From the NCBI RefSeq assembly GCF_006345805.1, contig NC_043000.1, positions 46,128,001 through 46,192,000 on the forward strand: a stretch of 64,000 nt of DNA, read 5' to 3'. The stretch is from Octopus sinensis (Eukaryota). Below the pieces are notes generated by a model. That model was given only the letters and a program-made list of their open reading frames with translations, was not told the DNA's origin and did not search any database. The first letter of the stretch is position 1; each line of letters opens with the position of its first letter. A program made the position numbers and the translations under genes. Positions 37,001-48,563 of this stretch are shown piece after piece.

Positions 37001-37133
37001 TTTACATACAAAATTTAAAGGACTGACCACTATTTGAGAACATATTCTTTGTGGAAAATAGCGATTTGACGTCTATATCTGGCATGTTGACGGTACACTT
37101 TAAGTGGTCAGTCCTTTAAATTTTGTATGTAAA
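37001..37133. mobile_element. Small palindromic element with perfect 31-bp inverted repeats and a hammerhead-like core
   Basis: 37001-37031 is the reverse complement of 37103-37133. The 71-bp spacer contains CTAT-TTGAGAA-CATA/TGTG-GAAA-ATAG. Confidence 0.7.
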
Positions 37134-37716
37134 TATATATATATATATATATTGCTTCATATATATTATGTAAGTGATTATTAAAAGATGAGATGAAATT
37201 CATTGTCCCAATAGCAATCCTATTCATATGCTCAAGCATACCAAATTCAACAGCCACATGTGTTCTCATATCAGTAGTAGGACAGTAGAAAAGCAATCAA
37301 AGAATTTCTGGCCCATAGAAGTGGACACGGATGGACTGGAAAAAGGAGTTTAATGAAGTTATTGAGGATGTGGATTAAGGTTGCAGTGAAGTAGTGGAAA
37401 GGAAGAATACAAACAGAGGCAAAATATATACTAAAAAGCTCAACTGATTTTGGTTGCTTGCCAGTTAATATTAATGCAAAAAGGACCTATGAACCATCAT
37501 CCTGTATACGTGTGTGTGTTTTATGTATGTGTGAGTATGTGTGTGAATGTGTGCATATATACATACATACAAATATATATATATATATGTATACATATAT
37601 ATATATATATGCACACACACACATTATATGTCTATTTTTAAATTTTTCTATGTGTGTGCAGATACATATATATATATATATACACATATATATGCATATA
37701 TGTATGTATATATAGC

Positions 37717-37815
<99 letters not shown>

Positions 37816-38841
37816 GCATATATGTATGTATATATATATATAGGTGTGTGTGTGTGTCTGTGTGTATAGGTAACTAGCTGAGAAATGAGAGAATATATTA
37901 AAACACAGAGAGAAATCTCTAAATATTTTCTCTGTGAAGAAACTAAATATTAGCAATGACAAAACCTCATAAATATACAATATGAATGGCACTAAGGTGT
38001 ATGCTTTAAATCAACTTTCGAAAATTGATGGCATATTTGTAAATTGCTTTACTGTTTGCAATTAACTTTAACAGCTTTGACTAAAAATCATTGAACGAAT
38101 TCCCAATTTAGGTAATATTTCATTATCTTATTTGATGGCTCTATAAATTCATGCATTCAAAATTCATGTTAGTCAGAAATATAGGAAGCAGTAAAGTATA
38201 ATTCACATTCTCTTCCCCATTCATATTTCTCTATTGAACGTAGAAAGAAAGTTTATTTCATCCATGCTGACTGACAGCAGCACAAAGATTAGGTGTCTAC
38301 AGAATTGTGCTGGTGCAGTCAAGGTTCAAATGTTCAATTTATGTCAGTAACAAACAGAGACTTAGAAGCTGAATCCCTTGTGCATGCATTCACCTATGAG
38401 AAATAAAGGAGGGCTATGCCTTTAAAATTATTATACATAATACTATGGCATACTGGAGGAGGTTCTTCTCTTCATTTTTTTTTTTTCTCTTCTGTGTAAC
38501 GCTAATAAATTCAGTATTATGTTTATATATATATATACAGAAAAGTCATTTTATTCTGCACAGGTAGAAATATAGAAAAAGTGTGAAAATGCACTGGAGT
38601 TTGTTTAGAATTTTTATTTTAAAATTTTTAAAGGGTTTTACTGGGTTGACAGCCCTTTCTGGTTTTCAAACTCTGGTGCAAGTCTCTTGCAGAGAATCAA
38701 GACAGTTGCAGCATAGCTCTACGTCTTTCTATCTCAACTTTTAGAAAATCAGAGAAATTTGTGAAAGTCTTTAAAAATTTGAAAATAAAAATCTAAACAA
38801 ATCCTAGTGCATGCATTTCCAGCTTCTTATTACTATACACA

Positions 38842-38890
<49 letters not shown>

Positions 38891-38953
38891 ATATATATAT
38901 ATATACGTGTATATATATATATACATACATACACCCTCACACACACATATATA

Positions 38954-38995
38954 TAAATGTAGGGATAAGCAACTTAGACAGATATATATGGTGTG

Positions 38996-39073
<78 letters not shown>

Positions 39074-39110
39074 CCATATATATCTGTCTAAGTTGCTTAT
39101 CCTACATTTA
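38954..39110. repeat. Inverted duplication around a (TA)n spacer
   Basis: 38954-38996 versus 39069-39110 are identical except for one G indel. Confidence 0.9.
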
Positions 39111-39124
39111 CTCCTATATATGTA

Positions 39125-40412
39125 TGAGGGGTGTATGAAAAGTTTTGAGTCTAACCTAGAAACGGGGCTGCTAGGTAGCTGAAACAATTTTTTCTGGTAA
39201 GTACAGTCTTTTCGGAGTATTCTTGCTCATTTTCATGATTCTGATATTTTAATTTTCTTTGTTACAAATGTTTGAATAAACATGTGTCGAGGTTACAGGG
39301 AAAATGGAGAAAACTGAGTATTTGTGATGTCATAAAGTACCTTCATTTGAAAGGCATGACTCCATCAGAAATCCATGAAGATATGGTGAGAACCTTAACA
39401 GACAATGCTCCTTCATATGCAACAGTCAAACGCTGGGTAAATGAATTTCAGCATGGCAGGGAGAGTGTGGAAGATGATCCCACAGCAGGGAGCCCTCCAA
39501 CTGCAAACACTGAAGACAACATTGACCTTGCTCTTGATATGATAATGCAAGATCATCGAATATTATGTCGCCAGATAGCTGAGAGACTGGGCATCTCAAA
39601 TAAAAGAGCAGACAACATTGTAACAAAAGAACTTGGGTTCTCAAAGGTTTCTGCAAGGTGGGTCCCTCGCATTTTGACTCCTGAACAGAAACGCACCAGG
39701 TGCACTTTGTCTACGAGCAATCTGGAACTGTTTGGAGCCGACGAAGAGAATTTTCTTGCTCGTTTTATTACAAAGGACGAAAGTTGGGTTCATCACTACC
39801 AGTCTGAAACCAAAGAACAATCAAAGCAGTGGAAGAACACATCTTCTACCCCAAAGAAGGCCAGGTCACTCCTTCAGCTGGCAAGGTCATGGTGTCAGTT
39901 ATTTTTGATTTTCAAGGTGTCTTGCTGATCGATTACCTTGAAAAGGGTCACACCATGACAGGGCTGTATTATTCTCAGCTACTGTAATGTCTCTGGGAAG
40001 GAATCAAAGAAAAAAGTCAGAAATGCTCACCAGAGGAGTCCTTTTTCATCACGACAATGCTCCAGCCCACACCTCAGTGATTGCAATGGCAACAATTCCT
40101 GATTGTGGATATGAACCTGTTCTCCGTCTGCCTTATTTACTAGACTTAGCTCCCTCTGACTTTCATCTATTCCCAAAAATGAAAAAATCCCTGGCTGGTT
40201 GCTATTTTGCCACTGACAATGATGTCATAGACACTGTAGGAAGTTTCTTAATATCTCAAACAAAAGAGTTCCGCTACGCTGGGATAATGGCACTTCAGCA
40301 CCGCTGGAGAAAGTGTTCAGCCATCAAAGAGGACTATGTTGAAAAATAAATCATCAGAAGTCTTGTACTCTTTTGTTTTTTTGAGGCTCAAGACTTTTCA
40401 GACACCCCCTCG
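39125..40412 (+). mobile_element. Full-length (1288 bp) mariner transposon, transposase inactivated
   Basis: TIRs (T/C)GAGGGG(G)TGT(A/C)TGAAAAGT(T/C)TTGAG; TA at 39123-24 and 40413-14. Motifs WVPRIL, TKDESW, HDNAPAH and DLAPSDF; frameshifts near 39320 and 39850. Confidence 0.95.
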
Positions 40413-40888
40413 TATGTATGTGTGTGTGTGTATAGAAAATGAAGGAGTGTTGTTTTTTACGTGTATAATTTGTAGAAGGAACTGCTTGAGTCATGCAGGC
40501 TTGGTCATCCGTCAGAGAAGTCACAGAAATCAACCCCTTGTTAATTGTTATATGGCTATTCTTCTCAACAGAACATGCGCAGCCTGTGGAAAGATATGCA
40601 GTTCAGTTGGAAGATTATAAAAACATGTCAAAAGACTTCATATTGTGGCATCTGCTTCTTCTGCCAGCCAACACGGCTGTGCATGATGCAATAAAATGTG
40701 CAAGATTTTGGCAGGTCTAAGGAGTCATATGAGGGCCTCACACTGTATTATCAATGACTCATTTCAATGATACTTTCTAATAATGATTTTGCTCGTATAC
40801 GAGAAAGCATCTACTATATGTATGCATGTATGTATGTATGTATACATATATATGTATATGTATGTGTGTGTGTGTGTGTGTGTGTGTA

Positions 40889-40994
40889 TAGGCAAGTCTC
40901 TTCTACTACAACCTCGGGCTGACCAAAGCCTTGTGAGTAGATTTGGTAGATGGAAACTGAAAGAAGCCTGTCATATATATAAATATATATATAT

Positions 40995-41025
<31 letters not shown>

Positions 41026-41242
41026 ATATGTTTGTGTATCTGTGTTTGTCCCCCCAACATCACTTGACAACTGATGCTGGTGTGTTTACGCCCCCGTAAC
41101 TTGGTGGTTTGGCAAAAGAGACCGATAGAATAAGTACTAGGCTTAGAAAGAATATGTCCTGGGGTCGATTTGCTCGACTAAAGGTGGTGCTCCAGCATGG
41201 TCGCAGTCAAATGACTGAAACAACTAAAAGAGAGTAAAAAAA
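40889..41242 (+). mobile_element. Family B SINE, 5'-truncated
   Basis: GGCAAGTCTCTTCTACTAC..GAAACTGAAAGAAGCC..ATGACTGAAAC..AAAAGAGAGT. Confidence 0.85.
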
Positions 41243-41592
41243 TATATATATATAGGAGGAATTACAACCGTGTTTCGTGGTCTGCTATCACAACAGCTCC
41301 TTTATAGGATCCAGTTAGCTCAAGACATCATCAGGAGGAACCACGTCTGGTATCGGCCCCTACTCCTCTACCGTTTGACGTGGCGGCCCCCCTCTTTCGG
41401 AGGTGTCTTCAGCTCTGGTGTTGGGTGCATGTCTTCTTTCTTCTTCTTTCTTCTGTTCCCTGGCCTCTTCGATGTATCGTCAGCGAGTGTCAGCCGGTGA
41501 CTGACTGTCTTGTCAAATTTTTCCCTTTAAGTACCTGCCACATAGGCTCCAACAGGCAGCCCCAGCAAGTTGTCACGTGACACTGTCTCACC
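41243..41592 (-). mobile_element. 350-bp GC-rich retro-insertion with a 15-bp TSD and a 3'-terminal hammerhead
   Basis: AAGAGAGTAAAAAAA at 41228-41242 and 41593-41607; short (TA)n at the 3' end; palindrome GTCACGTGAC near the 5' end. Confidence 0.75.
41265..41377 (-). ncRNA. Hammerhead ribozyme motif, best folded as type III
   Basis: On the minus strand: CAAACG-GUA/GAGGAG..UUCCUC-CUGAUGA-U-[GUCU/AGAC, GCUA/UAGC, UCCU/AGGA]-CAC-GAAAC-A-CGGUUG. Confidence 0.65.
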
Positions 41593-41714
41593 AAGAGAGT
41601 AAAAAAAGAAATATATATATATATGTTTGTACATATTTGTACTTATGTATACTCTATTTGCTGGTAGATTGGATGTGCATTTCTCATTGGGCTATTAAAG
41701 AAACCTGGCATGTT

Positions 41715-41930
41715 AATTTGAGACCAGCTTCGGGCTCATACAACTGAGCTCGCTTAGAGGAATATTGGAGAACTGAAAACCCAATTAGCTGTAATTCCAG
41801 GAGGCCTAACCAGCCAGTTATAGCCTTTAGATATTTCAATCAATAAGCCATTTAAAAGATCCATATGGGAGGAGTGGAGCAAGTAGATGGATGCAATTTT
41901 TCAGATTCTGAAGTGACACCAACAGGAAGA

Positions 41931-41932
<2 letters not shown>
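41715..41932 (+). pseudogene. pogo/Tigger-family DDE transposase fragment
   Basis: DQLRAHTT, QLAVIPGGLTSQL*PLDISINKPFK..W..W and TPTGR are characteristic pogo DDE_1 motifs. Confidence 0.8.
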
Positions 41933-41933
<1 letters not shown>

Positions 41934-42013
<80 letters not shown>

Positions 42014-42058
42014 TGTGTGTGTGTGAGTGTGTGTGTGTGAGTGTGTGTGTGTGAGTGT
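41934..42058. repeat. (TG)n microsatellite
   Basis: Seen directly. Confidence 0.98.
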
Positions 42059-43013
42059 GAATATATACATTTTCCGTTATGAAGTACCCACCTTCTTAGT
42101 CTATACAATACACACACAGCAATGTTATCAGATTCTCAAAAACTGCTAGATATGTGCGTATTTGGGAATTTTTGTATGTGGGAAGTAAATAGATAGGTAA
42201 AATATATTTGTATGACAACATGACAAATCACCATCTCAGAATTTACTACAAAAACCTTTAAAAAATAGTTTGATGGACAATGGGGAAATCTCATTGAGTC
42301 AGATTACAGTTTTTTATGAATATTTTTTCTGGCTGGGAAATAACACAAATATACTGTACTTAGAGTTTGAATTGGGTTCTTGTACTATGTCAGTGATATA
42401 TTGATATTTTACCCTTATTGTGAGTCAAAGCATTTTGATTCCTGAGGGAAACAATTTTATAAGGAAACTGCAGTGTTGAATGTAATGAATCTTATTGGAA
42501 ACAAATATACTTTAAAAATTATAGCATCAGTTGCTTGATAAGGAGAGAATAGATGAAAAAGATATCAAACTATAAAGCTATTGATTTAAGGGAGCAGATG
42601 AATGAATTTACTATTAAGCTAAATTCCCAGTAAGGTTTAACCATTTTATGCTTGTAAACAAATTAATCCATTTTAATAAAAAGCACTGACATGAAAGGGG
42701 ATCTGAAAATATGTCAATGCCTGAGTTTGATTGTCAAAACTGTTTTGCCATTATATAAAAAAGTACCAGTGTGAATAATTGTCTAATGTGAGATAAAAAG
42801 TACTTTACTCAGATGTTGTTTATTGTTTCTGGAGTCTTTTTCTTTTCATCTTCTTTTTTTGATGTTATATTATTTAGTAACAAATATGTTACACATGCTA
42901 TTGTTTTGTTATATTACACACCAATGGGAGCATGAGGAATGGAAAGATAATTTTAAAGTCTTATATGTACCCAATCACACTCTTTGTTATTTGCACACAC
43001 ATACATAGGTGCA

Positions 43014-43420
43014 GGAGTGGCTGTGTAGTAAGTAGCTTGCTAACCAACCACATGGTTCCGGGTTCAGTCCTACTGCGTGGCATCTTGGGTAAGTGTCTTC
43101 TGCTATAGCCTCGGGCCGACCAAAGCCTTGTGAGTGAATTTGGTAGATGGAAACTGAAAGAAGCCTGTCATATATATGTATATATATATATATGTATGTG
43201 TGTCTATATGTTTGTGTGTCTGTGTTTGTCCTTCTAGCATTGCTTGACAACCGATGCTGGTGTGTTTATGTCCCCGTCACTTAGCAGTTCGGCAAAAGAG
43301 ACCGATAGAATAAGTACTGGGCTTACAAAGAATAAGTCCCGGGGTTGATTTGCTTGACTAAAGGCGGTGCTTCAGCATGGCCACAGTCAAAATAACTGAA
43401 ACAAGTAAAAGAGTAAAAGA
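43014..43420 (+). mobile_element. Family B SINE, well preserved
   Basis: GGAGTGGCTGTGTAGTAAG..GGTTCAGTCC..CORE-like block..AAAAGAGT tail. Confidence 0.9.
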
Positions 43421-43949
43421 GAGAGTATACATACACACATATACATGCACACACACACATGCACTTACATACATATACATATACATGCACACACTCTCTG
43501 TTTCTCAATGTGACTTTCTCACACATACACAATTCCATGGTAATGTGATTGACATATTACTTATAGGATAACCAAAAGAACTTATTCACAGTCCATGCTG
43601 TTAATATCAATTTACTGTACAACATTTACATTTTGTACTCAGAACATTTCATATAACAAGAAAAAGATACAAGGGGAGAGAAAGAGAAAGAGAAAGATTT
43701 GTTGTTGGTAAAATGAAATCAGTTCTAATTAAGCAGAGCTATAAATTTATTCAAACTCTTATCATCCTGCTGTTGTTTTTTTTTTTTTAATAATCTATGA
43801 ATAACATACCCTATATTACATTATTCAATGTGTCCAATTCGATGTAGCAACACAGAACATTAGTTGCGATTTCTAGCTAGCTGAATGATTATGGAAAGTT
43901 TGAGGAACAGAACCCTCTGCCTTCACAGTTTTTACCTATTTACTACCAG

Positions 43950-44083
43950 ACAGCAAGGCAAATTATGCTGATACAATGCGGAATCAAAGAGATATCCATA
44001 TAATTAATCTAGATCTCTATTCAGTGTCATTTGCAGATCCCATAGTCAATGACACAATTTATCATCAAAGACATGTATTTCTG
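43950..44083 (+). CDS. Candidate internal coding exon of an unidentified gene (134 nt, phase 1 to 0)
   Basis: Acceptor TTTTACCTATTTACTACCAG and donor CTG/GTGAGT. One open frame: SKANYADTMRNQRDIHIINLDLYSVSFADPIVNDTIYHQRHVFL. No homology recognised. Confidence 0.4.
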
Positions 44084-44614
44084 GTGAGTTTAATAAAATT
44101 TATTTTTCTCTAGTTCTGTCCACCTCTTGTGTATCTCCCCACATCTCATTCATTCCTACTCTTGCTATTATGATGATCTTCTTCTTTCTGTAGTCCTCCC
44201 TTTCTTTCAGGCTTGGTTGGTGAACATTTTTAAACTTCAAGTTTCTCTTTGTGCAAAAACCTAAGGTCAACAAGCCCTTTCATGAATCATTTCCCATTGC
44301 CAGGAACATTATCCTTAATCTTGTGTTTCCAAGACAGGCTAAATTTTTTTTTCTGGGACATATTTTAGAGGAAAAACTGTATCAAGAAATATAGTATATC
44401 GTTATAATTCATTTGCGGTTGAGTCACATAAAATTACAAGACAATCACAAGAAATGTGAGTGTGTGTGTGTGTGTGTGTGTACACGTGTGTATGCAAGCA
44501 TGTGTGTGTTTAATTATATTCACTCTCTAATCTGGAACTAATCTACAAGCAAAGCTAACATTATAAAACACAGTCAAGTGTGTCATTAGATTTTGGAGAA
44601 ATTATTTAAAAAAA

Positions 44615-44990
44615 GGAGTGGCTGTGTGGTAAGTAGCTTGTCTACCAACCACATGGTTCCGGGTTCAGTCCCACTGCGTGGCATCTTGGGCAAGTGTCTT
44701 CTGCTATAGCCCCGGGCCGACCAATGCCTTGTGAGTGGATTTGGTAGATGGAAACTGAAAGAAGCCTGTCGTATATATGTATATATATATATGTGTGTGT
44801 GCGTATGTTTGTGTGCCTGTGTTTGTCCCCCTAGCATTGCTTGACAACCGATGCTGGTGTGTTTACGTCCCCGTCACTTAGCGGTTCGGCAAAAGAGACC
44901 GATAGAATAAGTACTAAAGGCGGTGCTCCAGCATGGCCGCAGTCTAATGACTGAAACAAGTAAAAGAGTAAAAAAAAAAAGAGTAAAGAG
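44615..44990 (+). mobile_element. Family B SINE with a short internal deletion
   Basis: Near-consensus head and CORE block; lacks the AGGCTTACAAAG..GCTCG segment. Confidence 0.9.
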
Positions 44991-45382
44991 TATACTATTG
45001 TCTTAGGTTACACAGTTGATTCCAGCTTAGTATTCAAACATTTCAAAAGAAGCTTTATAGAATTAATGCTGACATTGAGTGTCATAACTCTAAATTTATT
45101 CTTCTTTCATGTGTAAACAATTAAATCTCTAATTGTTTTAAAGCAATTTTTATATTTTTCTTTTGATCTTTTTAATCATTTGTACTATTTAACTATTGTC
45201 GTTTATATTTCATATTACAATTATATGAACTTAACACCATTATTGCTATTTTCTCTCAATCAATTGGACCACTGGTTATCAAGTATGTCTAATCAGATCT
45301 GCCATGTTACAAAAGAATTTCTGATATCTTTTATCCTTTATCCTTCTCTTATATCCTTTATCTTTTTAATATAGATACAAAC

Positions 45383-45545
45383 GTAGTTGTGAGGTAAAAA
45401 GTTTGCTTCCAAGCCACATGTTTTTGGGTTCAGTCCCACTGTATGGCACCTTGGCCAAGTGTCTTCTACTATAAACCTTGGGCCAGCCAAAGCCTTGTGA
45501 GTAGATTTGGCAGAAACTAAAAGAAGTTTGTTTTGTGTGTATGTA

Positions 45546-45598
<53 letters not shown>

Positions 45599-46010
45599 AT
45601 ATCACAGGTGTGGGTGCGTGGTAAAAAGTTTGCTTCCCAGTCACATGTTTCTAGGTTCAGTCCCACTGCATAGCATTTTGGGCAAGTATCTTCGAGTATG
45701 ACATTAGGGGCCAACCAAAGCCTTGTGAGTGGATTTGGTTGGTAGAAACTGAAAGAAGTCTGTTGTGTGTGTGTGTGTGTGTGTGTTTGTGCGTGTATGT
45801 GCATGTGTGCATGTGTGCATTTGTCACCCATCACTGCTTGACAACCAGTGTTGGTGTACTTCTATTTCCATAACCTAGTGGTTCAGCAAAAGACTCTGAT
45901 AGAATAAATATTAGGCTTGAAAATTGAAGTGCAGGAACAATTCATTCAACAAAATCCTTTAAGGCAATGCCATAGCATGGTTGCAGTCAGTGACTGAAAC
46001 AAGTGGAAGA
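45383..46010 (+). mobile_element. Family B SINE 5' half followed by a second full copy
   Basis: Two heads (about 45383 and 45607); the first ends in (TG)n. Confidence 0.8.
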
Positions 46011-46744
46011 TAAACAGGAAACGATATGTGAAAATGAGAAGGAAGTTATAACTACTTTTATCAGATGTGTTGAGAAATGAAGAAAATCATTTTTGAAATT
46101 CCTTTTTACAAACAATCTATATCAAATATTAAAATCGCATTATAAATAATAGGCTAATTAGCATTTATATAATAGACTAACATTTATCTAACTAACAATT
46201 ATCTATTTTCCTAATTGGATACACTCATCAACAAGCAATTAACCCAATCGAATTTAGAATGAGTGATTCTCTTTGTAACAGTATGTGAAAGGAAAGGATG
46301 AGGTAATAGATGTTATACAGAAATCAAAACCAGGCTGTGTTCCATAAAACGTTTTATAAAATTTTATTTATTTTATTTTGCTTCCTTTCTTTCATCTCAA
46401 TCAATGATATCTGACAGATGGATTGAAATAGTTTATTTGTGAAGTCCTTATTCAAATGAAAATATCATTGAAATGTAAATAGGCAAAAATATTAAGAAAA
46501 AAAACCCCAAAAAAACAAGAGGTTCACTTGTGAATACCAAAACATGTAACCAATATCTTAGGAATTTTTATACTCTGACAAAGATTTAATGGTATATTCT
46601 ATGCCTTTTTTTACTAATTTCAATCATTCAATTCTAGGCATTCTGGGGTAGCTCTCTTCTATGAACTCAAGTACATATTTTATTGACTTCAGAATGATTA
46701 AAGATATACTGGGGCAGGATTTGAACTCAAAATGTGAAAGGATA

Positions 46745-46966
46745 CTCTTTTACTCTTTTACTTGTTTCAGTCACTTGACTGTGGCCATGCTGGAGCACTG
46801 CCTTTAGTCAAGCAAATTGACCCCAGGACTTATTCTTTGTAAGCCTAGTACTTATTCTATCGGTCGCTTTTGCCGAACTGCTAATTTACTGAAATGAAAA
46901 CACATCACCATCGGTTGTCAAACGATGTTGGGGTGGGGAAAAACACAGACACACAAACACACACAC

Positions 46967-46997
<31 letters not shown>

Positions 46998-47150
46998 CGA
47001 TGGGTTTCTTTCAGTTTCTATCAACCAAATCCACTCACAAGGCTTTGGTCGGCCCGAGGCTATAGTAGAAGACACTTGCTCAAGGTGCCATACAGTGAGA
47101 CTGAACCCGGAACCATGTGGTTGGTAAGCAAGCTACTTACCACACAGCCA
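46745..47150 (-). mobile_element. Family B SINE
   Basis: Full reverse-complement structure. Confidence 0.88.
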
Positions 47151-48563
47151 TTCCTACGCCTATAGAATAAAATAAAATAACACATGCTATTTTGACCAAT
47201 GTTCTAACTATTTCTGCTAACCATTGACAACACACAGCTACACAACTTTAAACAATATTTTCCATAATCAATCATAAACAATTATGAAACACATTCTAAG
47301 AAAATTATGTAATACACAGTATGTCATATAAGAATTTGTTTCCAGCTATGCACTATAATGAGTGTTTTTGTTATAAATCCATGGAATAATGTGCATGCCA
47401 GATAATTGAAGATCTGTGATTTCACTTTAAATTAATTTTATTCAGTTTCTGTGCAATCAGAACTGTACATGCTCAGTCAGTTAAACTGTTTTAAATATCA
47501 GGCAATGACCAAAGGAAATCATCTGGGTATATAGATTTAGCAGCTGTCTTTGAAAACTATACAACATATCACATGACATATAATCATTATTTCAAGAGGT
47601 TATAATTACAAATTGTCTCAAACTCTGACTACAAATACATTTAAATATATTTTCATGTTGTATATTGTATTATGTTTTTATACAGTGTTCTTAGCAAAGG
47701 TTTGTAACTCACAGACATCAAGGACCACTTGGTTGCAAGCAGACATAAGGAGGTAATACTGTAGCTTTTAAAGGCAATAGAATTTAAAGTATTTACTCCA
47801 AATCTTCCATAGTGCAAACAATTAGAATATGCCATAGTTGCAAGAGAAGGCACATGGCTCATTGGTTAAAGTGCCGGGCTCACAGACATGAGGTAGTGAG
47901 TTCAGTTCCTGGATTGGGCTGTGTTGTGTTTTTGAATGAAAGCTTGTGGATTAGTGACTAGGGTGTTGGAGTTATGATTATAAGATTGTGGTTTCGATTC
48001 TTATACTGGGCAATTCATTGTATTCCTGAGCAAAACTCTTCATTTCACATTACTCCAGTCTACTCAGATGGCAAAAACGTGTAATCCGACAACGAACAGG
48101 CATTTCATCCAGATGGAGAATTTATACAATATAGAAACTGAGAAACCAGCCCTTATGAGTCAGCATGACTTGAGAAGGAAAATTTACCATTACTTTTTGT
48201 GTTCTTTAGCAAGGCACTTTATTTTACATCACTCTAGTTCACTCAGCTGAAGAAGTGAGTTGCTATGTCATTGGTAAGCTATATCAGCCTTTGCCTTTTC
48301 ATTAGGTGACATCAGTGGTGTGGAGAGAGGAGGCTGGTATGCATGAGTGACTGCTGGTCTTCCATAAATAAACTTTCCCGGACTTGTGCCTCACAAGGTA
48401 ACATTCTAGGTGCAATCCAATGGTCATTCATGACTGAAGGGTGTCTGTCTATACTTGCAAACAGGAAGTAGATACCCATCAACTGCTTAATGTAGTGAAA
48501 GGTGAATAAACTTCAGCACTGTGCAACAATTACACATAGTACATATTAAGAACATATGATGCA

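Noticed and set aside
37195-37290. Signal-peptide-like ORF MKFIVPIAILFICSS...
   Set aside because: Only 31 codons with no usable splice donor; hydrophobic ORFs are common in AT-rich DNA.
41390-41412. Second hammerhead core on the minus strand (CUGAAGA..CGAAA)
   Set aside because: GAAA sits in the loop of a CCUC/GAGG hairpin rather than after stem II, and there is no stem I partner.
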